DNA from: a virus
Direction: 5' to 3' (one strand)
Length of the DNA: 64,000 bases
IMG/VR virus record: IMGVR_UViG_3300047160_018755
Coordinates: 118,280 to 182,279 of that record
Shown here: positions 53,901 through 62,697 of the stretch, in pieces
Numbering within the stretch: the stretch's first letter is position 1
How the letters are laid out: the number at the start of each line of letters is the position of its first letter
Notes under the pieces: generated by a model
Database searches by the model: none
The model's input: only the letters and a program-made list of their open reading frames with translations
What the model was told of the DNA's origin: nothing
Program-made: the position numbers and the translations under genes

Positions 53901-54963
53901 CAACAAGTTCTGGCGGCACATCAACCGCATCGTCGACCAGCCGGACGTGAAGCTGTCGGGTGAGAACTACGAGATCCAGGGCGAGCGCATCCGCATGCCG
54001 CTCTCGCAGCTCCAGGGCTTCGGCCCCGCGGCGAAGGAGCAACTGCAACGGTACGCTCCGTACACGGACATCGCCGACTTCTGCCAGAAGATCGACAACC
54101 ACCAGCGCGCCACCGGGACCTGGACCACCAAGGACAAGCTGAAGAAGGTCAAGTCCCCCGACCCGAGCAACCCCAAGAAGAAGATCACGACCGAGGTCAC
54201 GGTCCAGGAGAAGGTCCTCAAGCGCGGCACCAGCGCCCTCAACCGGAAGGTCATCCGCGCGTGCATCCTGACGGGCGCCATGGACTCACTCTTCCCCGAG
54301 GGCCTGGGTGTCGGCGGCAAGTTCGAGATGTTCGAAGCAGAGCTTGCCAAGGCCATGGGCAAGAAGAAGCCCCAGGCCGTCGACCCGGCGCTGTGGGAGA
54401 TCAAGCCGCTCCCCCGCTACCAGACGTGCAAGCAGATGCTGTCGACCTACGGTGACAACCTGGGCCGGCTCATCGAGTACCAGTACAACGACCAATTCTT
54501 CGGGACGGACCCGGAGAGTGGCACGCGCTACTTGAACTGGACGCCGCCCAACTCGAAGACCCGCAGGAACATCGTCGTCGGCCTCGTTGGGGCCGAGCAG
54601 CTGGAGCAGCTCTCGATCCAGAAGCTCGTCGACGATCAGTCCCTCACGGTCGCCGTCGCTGCCTACGTCGAGACGTACGAGCTGCGTGCGTTCGGCGAGA
54701 ACAAAGAGAAGGAGATGTGCAAGCTCCAGCTCGACGTTGAGGGCGCCCGCTACGAGTTCGTGGCGTGGCCGAAGAAGGATTCCAACCAGGTCATGGACGT
54801 GTACCACCAGCCCCTCAAGGGCGCCGTGGTCATCGCGATCTTGAACCGCTGGAAGGACGACAAGCCGTTCGGGTTGTCGGACCTGATCGTTGTCGAACAA
54901 CCGCTCAAGGGCAAAGAGAAAGAAGAGGAAGAGGAAGATGAATCCACCGCGGACGCTGCATGA
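50971..54963 (+). CDS. dnaE: DNA polymerase III alpha subunit (family C)
   Basis: PHP motifs CHSH, TDHG, GMEGY; GPGRGSAAG, PDIDQD, GKHACA, KMDFLGL, VFQF, MVYQEQ, YGFNKSHS; OB-fold C-terminus. Confidence 0.92.
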   Translation: MRNFPSCHSHPQSLDSGSTPEAFAAREVELGSGVLTATDHGSLAACRKIYDLAKENGLTPVLGMEGYLRDDDCEILAKNGYRKNVHGKFIGAPKYMHFCAHFQDQAAYECAVRLLSNADERLDEILPKLEPEDRKHGKERKPMFTWRDLEELGSHNVTLTTGCMIGVVQRHIMDNDDLRTAEGYFQKLKSIAKPGNLYVELNPHDTSMNWVEGVFIHLKDGTIKRWYDKKVLKTNVGEIRAGDLAKVFEGSEHKILLAVKNRATWEEFEPQEIVKVIQERGYQPNECRPWAPDGDLQAGLNKVMMILAKRYGTKILIGDDSHYATADEKVVQDVRLAQDGAWRFYGSYHRMSSEEAFVQISRKLNVSEAQFEGWVENSHEWAGRFKDFKFNTPPSLPTKFYEEIYATRPWFKNDKDDSLRYTMELIKKHGRMDWSNKAMTSRLQAEIQILHNNGVIDLLPYFMVDEEVCSFFEEQGLLTGPGRGSAAGLILTYLLGITHVDPLKYKLSMERFITLDRIASGGLPDIDQDLPKLRRGILIDEETGWLKKRFGDHYAQISVDSTLRVRQAIQDVSRERRGHVPKEIYGLTGRMIMPPQGMTDHEFVMGNDKEGEDHIQGSIEYDPALRAYIKMFPEDWGIVTKCLGLPRHKGKHACAFVIANKPIRDFIPITTVADGRVTAYTAGSVEAVGGLKMDFLGLGALDDITDCIRLIHEAFSRDMGVEFKNQVINGKLVRAHHLVPVPSTNGWTLADIWDLPEDQDVFSEVATGKTETVFQFNTPGAVQWLQHFAFQKADGRYAISSIEDMAAFTALDRPGALQVELRDPEQPEHVHNALVEFARRSRGAPQTPDILSVFDELIPETYGVMVYQEQLQFMYQQLTGCTLSEAENFRKLVAKKKYDKIQKLHAPFLESAGARLGDVETARKAWDFFISWAKYGFNKSHSVAYVTVSYACAYLKHHFPLQWWCAVLRNASKNEVNNKFWRHINRIVDQPDVKLSGENYEIQGERIRMPLSQLQGFGPAAKEQLQRYAPYTDIADFCQKIDNHQRATGTWTTKDKLKKVKSPDPSNPKKKITTEVTVQEKVLKRGTSALNRKVIRACILTGAMDSLFPEGLGVGGKFEMFEAELAKAMGKKKPQAVDPALWEIKPLPRYQTCKQMLSTYGDNLGRLIEYQYNDQFFGTDPESGTRYLNWTPPNSKTRRNIVVGLVGAEQLEQLSIQKLVDDQSLTVAVAAYVETYELRAFGENKEKEMCKLQLDVEGARYEFVAWPKKDSNQVMDVYHQPLKGAVVIAILNRWKDDKPFGLSDLIVVEQPLKGKEKEEEEEDESTADAA

Positions 54964-55678
54964 CATTCTGAAGGACTACAAGCAGGCCGAGAAGTTCTCC
55001 AAGGAGAGCCCGGAGCAGTACCCGCCCCCGGGGCGCCCGGGGATCGAGGTCCGCATCCGGCAGTCCAAGGCGAACCTCCCCAAGCTCCGCCTGGAGTACC
55101 TCACCGCCATCCTGAAGTCGTCCTTCGGCTTCTTCCTGGAGGGCGAGGACGAGGCGAAGAAGGACGCGTTCACCGCCATCTCCGTCGAGAACGGTGCGTT
55201 CTCTGTCGACGCGGACTCCATCTACCAGAAGCTCGCCGACGCCACCGAGCGCAGCATGGGCGCGCGCAAGGAGTTCTCGGTCACCCAGGTGGGGCTGATG
55301 GACCACGCCCTGCGTGAGCTGGTCGAGAAGACCGGCTACGACGGTGCCATCAACCGCACCACCATCACCGAGCTGCGTGCGGTGCCCGACCGTGAGCGCC
55401 TCCTGCGCTACATCCGCGAGATCGTGGCGCGCTCGAACGGAAGCACGCCCGCGGTCGTCAGTGCACAGTCCGACATCGTCGGCCAGGCCCTTAGCAAGGA
55501 GTTCTCCGGCAAACGCCTGGTCGTCGTCGTTCGCAACGCCTCGGCGATGAATCGCGCCGCGCTCAACGGGATCTTCACGCGCAGCACGACGGTCGACGTG
55601 GATCTCATTCCCGAGGTGACTGAGGAAAGGGCAGCCGCAATCTTTCGCGAAGGGCTCGGACTGAAGTCCGCGTCTTAA
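54938..55678 (+). CDS. hypothetical protein (possibly degenerate NMP-kinase-like fold)
   Basis: ATG after GAGGAAG; overlaps the dnaE end. Confidence 0.55.
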   Translation: MNPPRTLHDILKDYKQAEKFSKESPEQYPPPGRPGIEVRIRQSKANLPKLRLEYLTAILKSSFGFFLEGEDEAKKDAFTAISVENGAFSVDADSIYQKLADATERSMGARKEFSVTQVGLMDHALRELVEKTGYDGAINRTTITELRAVPDRERLLRYIREIVARSNGSTPAVVSAQSDIVGQALSKEFSGKRLVVVVRNASAMNRAALNGIFTRSTTVDVDLIPEVTEERAAAIFREGLGLKSAS

Positions 55679-55679
55679 A

Positions 55680-55691
55680 GATTCGATAGAA
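55680..55691 (+). promoter_or_regulatory. GATTCGATAGAA motif
   Basis: Exact copy upstream of the SSB gene. Confidence 0.7.
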
Positions 55692-55693
55692 AA

Positions 55694-55745
55694 GTGGGAA
55701 GAAAGATCCCACAACCAACAGGGCGGTCGGGAATGGTTCCCGGCC
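55694..55745 (+). promoter_or_regulatory. two leader hairpins upstream of the SSB gene
   Basis: GTGGGA-N7-TCCCAC and GGTCGGGAA-TGG-TTCCCGGCC, followed by an A-rich stretch and AGGAG. Confidence 0.5.
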
Positions 55746-55776
55746 ACAAGCAAAGAACCAAAATCAGGAGTCAGCC

Positions 55777-56925
55777 ATGGGTTACGGCAAATCGAACTAC
55801 AGTTCCGGTCAGAAGTTTCAGAAGACGGGGAAGCCGGGCAAGGGTCCGGGCAACAACTTCATCCGCGTGATGTGCGCGATGCACTCGTTGGCGGAGAGTG
55901 GCAAGTGGGCGGTCTACTACACGACCCACTGGGGGTACTCGGGCGTCTCGAAGTCCGATCCCACGAAGACGACGGTGCGTCCGTTCCGGTGCATCGAGGA
56001 CAAGGACTTCAAGACGAAGTTCGTCCGCCAGGCGTGCCCGGAGTGCGACAACTTCCGCGCCAAGGAGGCCGAGGCCGAGGCGTACAAGGCCGAGCTGAAG
56101 AAGCAGGGCCTCGACGACAAGGCGATCAAGGCCGATCCGAAGATGAAGGAGTTCGACATCTGGCTCGGCCAGCACGCTCCGGAGCGCAAGTGGTACATCA
56201 ACGTCATGTACAAGGACCGCACCTTCGGCGACTACAAGATCAACCACAAGACCCACAAGAAGGGCATCGACGCAAAGATCCAGGAGCTTCAGGAGCAGGA
56301 CATCGACGCCACCGACCTGGACCAGGGCGTGTGGTTCAACATCAAGCGTCTGGGTGACGGCTTCACCGTTCCCGACGTCGTCGAGGTCGAGCAGAAGCCG
56401 GGCGACAAGAAGGGATCGTTCGAGATCCTCATGGCGCCTCTCACCGAGGAGGAGAAGGCTCGCGGCCTCAAGGAGTGCCGTGACCTCGCGCAGCTGGGCG
56501 GCAGCGTCCTGACCGAGGAGCAGATCTACGCCCTCGTCCAGAGCGACGGCTCGCCCGAGGCGGTCGACAAGATCTTCGGCGAGGCCCCCGCTCAGGCTCC
56601 GTCGCGCGAGCGCGAAGAGGACGAGGAGCCGGGCGACTCCGCTCCGGCCCAGAAGGCGGCCGGTCCGTCCATCACGGACGAGATGAAGGCCAAGGCGGCG
56701 GCCATCCTCGCCAAGAAGGCCGAGGAGGCGGCGAAGGCCAAGGCGGCGGCGGATGCGAAGGCCAAGGCGGAAGCCGCGGCTCAGCGCGCGGCGGCTGCGG
56801 TCGCGTCGGCGAAGGCTGCCGAGGCTTCGGCGTCGGCTCCCGAGGCGCAGCCCGAGGTCGACCCGCTCAAGATGAACGACGAGGACTTCCTCGCGTTCTT
56901 CAACTCGCAGCAGCAGAGCACGTAA
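55777..56925 (+). CDS. single-stranded DNA-binding protein (T4 gp32-like)
   Basis: NFIRV..HWGY..CPEC..KWYINV..GVWFNIKR; acidic/aromatic tail DEDFLAFF. Confidence 0.7.
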   Translation: MGYGKSNYSSGQKFQKTGKPGKGPGNNFIRVMCAMHSLAESGKWAVYYTTHWGYSGVSKSDPTKTTVRPFRCIEDKDFKTKFVRQACPECDNFRAKEAEAEAYKAELKKQGLDDKAIKADPKMKEFDIWLGQHAPERKWYINVMYKDRTFGDYKINHKTHKKGIDAKIQELQEQDIDATDLDQGVWFNIKRLGDGFTVPDVVEVEQKPGDKKGSFEILMAPLTEEEKARGLKECRDLAQLGGSVLTEEQIYALVQSDGSPEAVDKIFGEAPAQAPSREREEDEEPGDSAPAQKAAGPSITDEMKAKAAAILAKKAEEAAKAKAAADAKAKAEAAAQRAAAAVASAKAAEASASAPEAQPEVDPLKMNDEDFLAFFNSQQQST

Positions 56926-56937
56926 CACCCACCGGAT

Positions 56938-56970
56938 GGCCCCAGGAGAGATCCTGGGGCCTTTCCGTTT
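56938..56970 (+). terminator. intrinsic terminator
   Basis: GGCCCCAGGA-GAGA-TCCTGGGGCC followed by TTTCCGTTT. Confidence 0.8.
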
Positions 56971-56979
56971 AGGAGAACC

Positions 56980-57594
56980 ATGCTCATCGAAGGGACAACC
57001 CTCACGCTCCCTGGCGCGACCGAGGACAAGCCGGACCAGACCCTCGACCTCGGGAGCATCCTGATCGCCGAAGGGCGTCAGCAGGAGATCTCGTTCGTCA
57101 CGCCGATCAAGTCGGCCGAGCTGCTCTACACGTTCAACAAGGCGTGGCTCGACACGGACAAGCTTGTCAAGGGTCTCGCCGCGGACCTCGTCAAGGCCGA
57201 GAAGGCGGTCGCGACGCGCAGGTCGCGCATCCTGCTCTACGAGGTCGAGCCGTTCCTCAAGCAGCAGGGCGTGCCGTCCACGAAGGAATCGCGCGAAGCG
57301 TTCATCATCCTCGACGAGCGCTACGGAGTGCTCCAGGAGCGCGTGGACCAGCTCTACGCTGCGCAGGAGTGGCTGAAGGGAAAGATGACGGCCTTCACTA
57401 ACTCGTACACCAGCGTGAAGAAGATCATGGGCGAGGACACGTACAACATGTCCGGCCGCATGAACAACCCCAATCTCAGCGGCGGCGGAAGCCAGAAGCC
57501 GTTCTTGAAGCAAGAACCCACAACCCCAACCCCAACCACCACACCACCAACCAAAACGACACCATCCGGGTACGGCAAGTCCCGGTACACGTAG
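56980..57594 (+). CDS. UvsY-like recombination mediator (putative)
   Basis: Helical; located between SSB and the recombinase. Confidence 0.45.
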   Translation: MLIEGTTLTLPGATEDKPDQTLDLGSILIAEGRQQEISFVTPIKSAELLYTFNKAWLDTDKLVKGLAADLVKAEKAVATRRSRILLYEVEPFLKQQGVPSTKESREAFIILDERYGVLQERVDQLYAAQEWLKGKMTAFTNSYTSVKKIMGEDTYNMSGRMNNPNLSGGGSQKPFLKQEPTTPTPTTTPPTKTTPSGYGKSRYT

Positions 57595-57603
57595 GAGAAC
57601 ACA

Positions 57604-58710
57604 ATGGCCGGCAAAGACTGGTACTCGAAGCTCACTGCATACGACGACGCTGTCACGGACTGGCAGGATCCCCACAAGAACGTCATCCGCACGTACAGCC
57701 CGTCCGTCAACTTCATGTTCGGCAAGGGCCACGGCCTGCCGCGCGGCTACTCGGGCATCCTGGGTGGACCGCCGAAGGGTGGCAAGTCGCTCATCTCGAA
57801 CATGTTCGCGGGCTGGATCCATCAGAACGACCCCACCGCCTTCGTCATCAAGATCGACGCCGAGTTCCGCGCGAAGGTCCAGGCGACGCCGGAGGAGCTG
57901 GCGGCCGACTTCGGCATTGACCCGAAGCGCTTCATCGTGTGGCAGACGAACGATCCCGTCGTCATCTTCGACCGCATCAGCAACGACGTCCCGGCCATGT
58001 GCCAGGAGGGCCTGAACGTCGCCGCGATCATCGTCGACTCGGCGAACAGCATCCAGGGCATGTCGTCCTCGGAGGCGGAGTCGGTCGAGAAGCAGTTCGT
58101 CGCCGACGAGGCGCGCACGCTCGGCAAGGGCTTCAAGCGCATCCTCAAGCCCATCCGCGACAACAACATCGCGCTGCTGGTAGTCTGCCAGGTCCGCGTG
58201 GAGATGGATCCTCTGGAGCAGCGCCGCGGCAACAAGGTCCGCATGGCGCTCCCCTTCGCGCTCCAGCACTTCGGCGAGTACTTCATCTACGTCGAGCCGA
58301 ACAAGAACGTCGAGGGCCGCACGAGCATCGACGGCAGCGAGTTCCGCGACGAGACCATCAAGGACATGGACAAGAACAGCAAGGGTGAGAAGACGGCCCA
58401 CAAGATCCGCGTGACCATGAAGGACTCGTCCTGCGGTCCCAAGGGTCGCGTGGCGGAGTTCACCCTCGGCCACAACACGGGCCTCGTCAACACCTGGGAG
58501 GAGGTCTTTACTCTCGGGAAGAACCGTGGCATCATCTCCCTGGAGGGGTCGACGTACTCCTTCAAGGACAAGTCATGGCGCGGCAAGGAGAAGCTGTGGG
58601 ACGAGCTGAAGACCAACCAGGCGCTCTGCGATGAGATCGTGGAGGCCTTGTACGCCGCCGACAAGCGCGGAGCCTTCGCGGCCGAGGACGCTGCCAACAC
58701 GGACGACTAG
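57604..58710 (+). CDS. recA: RecA/UvsX-like recombinase
   Basis: SPSVNFMFG.GLPRG, GPPKGGKS, IDAE, IIVDS, VCQVR. Confidence 0.85.
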   Translation: MAGKDWYSKLTAYDDAVTDWQDPHKNVIRTYSPSVNFMFGKGHGLPRGYSGILGGPPKGGKSLISNMFAGWIHQNDPTAFVIKIDAEFRAKVQATPEELAADFGIDPKRFIVWQTNDPVVIFDRISNDVPAMCQEGLNVAAIIVDSANSIQGMSSSEAESVEKQFVADEARTLGKGFKRILKPIRDNNIALLVVCQVRVEMDPLEQRRGNKVRMALPFALQHFGEYFIYVEPNKNVEGRTSIDGSEFRDETIKDMDKNSKGEKTAHKIRVTMKDSSCGPKGRVAEFTLGHNTGLVNTWEEVFTLGKNRGIISLEGSTYSFKDKSWRGKEKLWDELKTNQALCDEIVEALYAADKRGAFAAEDAANTDD

Positions 58711-59753
58711 TGTTCTGCGACGCTGACAGGCTGCGGGAGTTCATCGAGGACCAGGGTCTCTCGTTCAAGAAAAACTCCCGCAGCTTCATCTTCGATTGCC
58801 CGCGCTGCCGCGGCAAAGAGAAGCTGTACATGGAGCAGCGCAACGGCCGCTTCAAGTGCATGAAGTGTGCGACCGGCGAGCGCTTCCAGGGCCGGCCCGA
58901 GTTCGCCCTGGCGGCCCTCGCGACGGTGCCGCTGCGGGACGTGCGCAACTTCCTGTACGGCGTGAGCTTCACTGGCGTCGCGGTCGAAATCGACCTGGAG
59001 ATCGCCGACTTCTTCGGGGAGGACGACATCATCGACGTCGACGCGGTCGACATCCCGACGATGGCGTACCCGCTGGAATACTGGCCCATCGATCACAAGC
59101 ACGCCCAGCGCGGCGCCGAGTACCTGGCTGGCCGTGGCATCGGCATGGAGATGGCCAAGAAGTACCACCTGCGCTTCTCGCCGCAGGAACGCCGGGTGAT
59201 CTTCCCGGTCGAGCTGGGCACACGCTTGGTCGGCTGGCAGAAGCGTCTCGTGGTGCCCGACGCCGTCTGGAGCCCGGAGGAGGAGAAGACCTTCACCGCG
59301 GCGAAGATGCTGTCGAGCAAGGACGTGCCCACCGCGCACGTGGTGATGTTCGCCAACCGCCTGGTCGGCTACGAGCACGCCGTGATCTGCGAAGGTCCCA
59401 TCGACGCCATCAAGGCTGACAGTTGCGGCGGCAACGTAGCCACCATGGGCAAGTCCATCGGTGCCGGCCAAATCAAGACCATCCGCGATCCCGAACGACT
59501 CACGCGCGAGCAGATCAGCGTACTCTCGACGTCGGGCATCAAGCGGGTCTACCTCGCGCTCGATCCCGACGCCGCCCGGGAGACTTCACGCCTGGTGCGC
59601 GAGTTCTCCGATCTCGAAACCTACGTCATGATGCCGCCCCGGGGCCGGAAGGACTTCGGCGAGTGCTCGTACCAGGAAACGTACGAGTGCTTCAAGAACG
59701 CCAAGTCCGCCAGCCCCGGGAAGACGTACATCAGCTTGGTTGGACGTAGCTGA
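58710..59753 (+). CDS. DNA primase (Zn finger + TOPRIM)
   Basis: CPRC..FKCMKC, YLAGRGI, RVIFP, CEGPIDA, LDPDA, KDFGE. Confidence 0.8.
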   Translation: MFCDADRLREFIEDQGLSFKKNSRSFIFDCPRCRGKEKLYMEQRNGRFKCMKCATGERFQGRPEFALAALATVPLRDVRNFLYGVSFTGVAVEIDLEIADFFGEDDIIDVDAVDIPTMAYPLEYWPIDHKHAQRGAEYLAGRGIGMEMAKKYHLRFSPQERRVIFPVELGTRLVGWQKRLVVPDAVWSPEEEKTFTAAKMLSSKDVPTAHVVMFANRLVGYEHAVICEGPIDAIKADSCGGNVATMGKSIGAGQIKTIRDPERLTREQISVLSTSGIKRVYLALDPDAARETSRLVREFSDLETYVMMPPRGRKDFGECSYQETYECFKNAKSASPGKTYISLVGRS

Positions 59754-60891
59754 AGTGGTGACCGCCGGTATGCTTGTACCGGCCACTGAGGACCGCGCGG
59801 ACGTTGCTCGGGTAGACTCCGTGAGCCGCCGCCGCATCCTTGGCGTTGGCGAACACGGTCCCGCACTCGTCCTGGATCGGGAGCCCGTTCGGCACGGACC
59901 CGTCACCGTCCACCCGCGGGAATTCGACCGTAGCACAGATGCTACACTTCTTGGCGTGGCCCTGGAGCTTCTTCGAGGCGGCCCGACGAGCGTCCACATG
60001 GATGCGGTCGTTCTCGACGGCGGCGGACAAGGTCCCCACCATCTCGTCGTGCGGCATCCCGGCGAGCTTCTCGGTCAGCATCGCCGCGGCCTCCTTCTTG
60101 GTGCGATCCCGCTGGACGCCCGTGGGCTCGTCACCCTCGGTCGGGATCTCCCAGTCGTTGTCGGCGTCCGGGTCGGACGTGTACCACTCGTTCTTGTTGG
60201 TGTACTCGTACGGCCGCCCGTGCATGGCGATGTACGCGTCGTCCAGCATCGGGAGGACGTTGCGGCCCTTCCGGTCGAGGTGCGCGCGAAACTCGACGAA
60301 CCGCTGCTTCAGGTACTGGCAGAGGTTCTTCTCGTTCTCGGCGCGCGGGGCAGCGTCGTCCCGGTAGAGCCCCAGGTAGTTGCACGTCCACATCATGGCG
60401 TAGGACTTGAGATCTTCCAGCTCCATGCCGTGGTCGCCGCAGATGGTCCCGTTCTTCTTCCAGAACCACCAGGTCGCCTTGTCGACGACGGTTTGGAACG
60501 ACTTCAGCTCCGCGTTGGTGGGGTTGGGCGAGCGCCGGAAGTCGTTGTGCCGCATGGCGACCAGCTCGAAGTCGTCCGAGAAGTGGGCCTTGTGCTTGGG
60601 GATCGGCCCACGGTTCACAGGGACCTTCGGGGGCGTGTACCCAAGGGCCTCCTGGAGGCCCCGGAACGCTTCCAGGGACGTGTTGAGGTTGCGGCTGGAC
60701 AAATCCTTGGCCAGCACCGAGATCACGCCAGGCGTCACGGCAGCCCCTTCCACCACCACCGCCACGGGGACAGCCTCCCCGGTCTTGCTGGTGACAACCA
60801 GCCCCGCCGTGCTATCCTGGTAGCCGATCCCGACGGCCGTGAGCCAGGACTTGAGCTGAGTTGTAATGCGCCTTTCGAAATTTGAGATCAT
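59731..60891 (-). CDS. sigma-region-2-like protein with C-terminal NUMOD1-like HTH
   Basis: VVDKATWWF..GMELEDLKSYAMMW..YL..RF; C-terminal FANAKDAAAAHGVYPSNVRAVLSGRYKHTGGHHFSY; AGGAG RBS. Confidence 0.5.
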   Translation of the reverse strand: MISNFERRITTQLKSWLTAVGIGYQDSTAGLVVTSKTGEAVPVAVVVEGAAVTPGVISVLAKDLSSRNLNTSLEAFRGLQEALGYTPPKVPVNRGPIPKHKAHFSDDFELVAMRHNDFRRSPNPTNAELKSFQTVVDKATWWFWKKNGTICGDHGMELEDLKSYAMMWTCNYLGLYRDDAAPRAENEKNLCQYLKQRFVEFRAHLDRKGRNVLPMLDDAYIAMHGRPYEYTNKNEWYTSDPDADNDWEIPTEGDEPTGVQRDRTKKEAAAMLTEKLAGMPHDEMVGTLSAAVENDRIHVDARRAASKKLQGHAKKCSICATVEFPRVDGDGSVPNGLPIQDECGTVFANAKDAAAAHGVYPSNVRAVLSGRYKHTGGHHFSYVQPS

Positions 60892-61031
60892 AGAACTCCT
60901 CTTTCTGTGTGGGGACCTACAGGCTATATAGCAAACCCGACTTGGCACTGATGTTGCTTCGATCTAACGCCCTGAGACTATGGCACGACGCTTGCTTTGT
61001 CAAGGCGGATCTGTTGCCCATCGATCTGGAA

Positions 61032-61043
61032 GATTCGATATAC
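61032..61043 (+). promoter_or_regulatory. GATTCGATATAC motif variant
   Basis: Upstream of ATG 61064. Confidence 0.45.
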
Positions 61044-61063
61044 AATGTGGGGAGGAGTCCAAG

Positions 61064-61681
61064 ATGAACGCAGTCAAGAAGTACGCGATCCTGGCCGCTG
61101 TCGGCGTGGGTCTGTTGGTGGGCGGTTACGCAACGGGTCGGTACGCGGCGCCCGACAAGGTCGTCGTGACGAAGGAGGTCCAGGTCGTCCACGAGGTCCA
61201 GGTCGTGAAAACCGAGGACACCGAGGCGGTCATCAACGCCCTCAAGAGCGTGGTCCAGAACACCCAGAAGAACGTCCACCAGGTTCGGACGACCGTCAAG
61301 GCGAAGGACGGCACGGTCACCACGACCGTGACTACGGACGACAAGTCGAAGACGGACACCCAGACGAAGACGGAGGGTCAGACCAAGACGTCGACGAAGA
61401 CGGCGGAGGCCACCCACGTCGTGGACACCCAGACGCAGATCGTGACCAAGGTCGTGGAGCGCAACCGCCCCGACTGGAAGCTTAGCGTCATGCCCGGCAT
61501 CGAGGTCGGGGAGGCTCTTGGTCGTACACCAACGTATTCCCTCTTGCCAGGGGATCAGGGTGTGCTAAAGTACGTAGTCGTAGGGGTTGCCCTCGAACGC
61601 AGGCTGGTGGGGCCACTCCTCGGGGGCGTGTGGGCGAACACCCACGGCGCGGCCGGCCTGATGCTTTCCTTGGAGTTCTGA
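61064..61681 (+). CDS. membrane-anchored protein, spanin-like candidate
   Basis: N-terminal TM, Thr/Val/Lys-rich periplasmic rod, amphipathic beta-strands ending LSLEF. Confidence 0.6.
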   Translation: MNAVKKYAILAAVGVGLLVGGYATGRYAAPDKVVVTKEVQVVHEVQVVKTEDTEAVINALKSVVQNTQKNVHQVRTTVKAKDGTVTTTVTTDDKSKTDTQTKTEGQTKTSTKTAEATHVVDTQTQIVTKVVERNRPDWKLSVMPGIEVGEALGRTPTYSLLPGDQGVLKYVVVGVALERRLVGPLLGGVWANTHGAAGLMLSLEF

Positions 61682-61863
61682 TGAAGCTGACGAAGAAGTC
61701 CATCCGCGACATCGTCATCGACGCCATGATCGACGTCGATGTCAGTGCGACGACCGAAGAGCAGGACGCGGTCGCCGAACTCGTGGCCGACAAGCTCGCG
61801 GACGAGTGCCCCGAGCTGATCGAAGACGAGTCCGAAGACGAGGACGAGGTCGACGATGAATAA
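61681..61863 (+). CDS. small highly acidic protein
   Basis: TGATG overlap; about 23 of 60 residues are D/E. Confidence 0.6.
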   Translation: MKLTKKSIRDIVIDAMIDVDVSATTEEQDAVAELVADKLADECPELIEDESEDEDEVDDE

Positions 61864-62104
61864 GGTCGTCGACAAGCCCGTCCAGATCGGCGACAAGAAG
61901 ACGCGACACAGCTTCCGGCTGTACTACGACCCTTCGAGCGTCGAGACGGGCGACAAGGCCAAGAGCCTGGTCAAGCTCCTCCAGGAGTTCGGCGACAACC
62001 CGAGCCTGCTGCTGTGCGGCCCCAGCTACCCGGAGAAGATGGCCATCTACCACGACGGCTCACGCTGGATCGTCGCGGCCGAGGCCGAGGAGGAGGCGCT
62101 GTGA
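61856..62104 (+). CDS. hypothetical protein
   Basis: Coupled in operon. Confidence 0.6.
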   Translation: MNKVVDKPVQIGDKKTRHSFRLYYDPSSVETGDKAKSLVKLLQEFGDNPSLLLCGPSYPEKMAIYHDGSRWIVAAEAEEEAL

Positions 62105-62481
62105 AGACGCTGGCGATCATCAAGCCCGACGCCGTGGCGAAGGGCTCGGTGGGCTTCTGCTTGCAGATGGCGGAGACCGCGGGGCTCAGGATATGGGACA
62201 TGAGGTTCGTCCAGCTCAGTCGGCTCTCGGCGGGCGTGTTCTACTTCGAGCACGCGGACAAGAACTTCTACCCCAAGCTCGTCGACTTCATGACCTCGGG
62301 GCCGTGTGTCGTCGTTGCGCTCGAAGGCGAGAACGCCATCAAGCAGTGGCGCGAGACCATGAAGGGGATTCGGGTCGTCGAACAGGACCCGGACCACTCG
62401 GAACGAAACGCTGTTCACGGATCTGACTCAGAGGAGGCTGCAAAGAGGGAGCTGGACTTCTTCTTCGGGATGGAGGCGTAA
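62101..62481 (+). CDS. ndk: nucleoside diphosphate kinase
   Basis: TLAIIKPDAV, FY.EH..F..LV.FMTSGP, RNAVHGSDS. Confidence 0.92.
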   Translation: MKTLAIIKPDAVAKGSVGFCLQMAETAGLRIWDMRFVQLSRLSAGVFYFEHADKNFYPKLVDFMTSGPCVVVALEGENAIKQWRETMKGIRVVEQDPDHSERNAVHGSDSEEAAKRELDFFFGMEA

Positions 62482-62502
62482 TCTAAAAATCAGGAGGTCT
62501 TC

Positions 62503-62697
62503 TTGCGCCAGTGCCCCGCCTGCTACCACGTCGGTCTCTACAGCACATTCGCAAACGGCACATGGGAGGAAGGGTATTGTCAGAACTGCGGCCACGAGTC
62601 GAAGGTGCCCACCACCAAGAAGGATTTCATCCCGGTCATCAACATCGAGAAGCCCAAGTCTAGTTCCCAGCAACCCAGGATCCGGCGGAACAAATGA
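62503..62697 (+). CDS. zinc-ribbon protein
   Basis: CPAC...CQNC; AGGAGG RBS. Confidence 0.55.
   Translation: MRQCPACYHVGLYSTFANGTWEEGYCQNCGHESKVPTTKKDFIPVINIEKPKSSSQQPRIRRNK

Noticed and set aside
27570-54963. Functional inteins or group I introns in terL, dnaB, nrdJ or dnaE
   Set aside because: ORFs are continuous and of normal length; no C...HN-C/S/T or LAGLIDADG blocks seen
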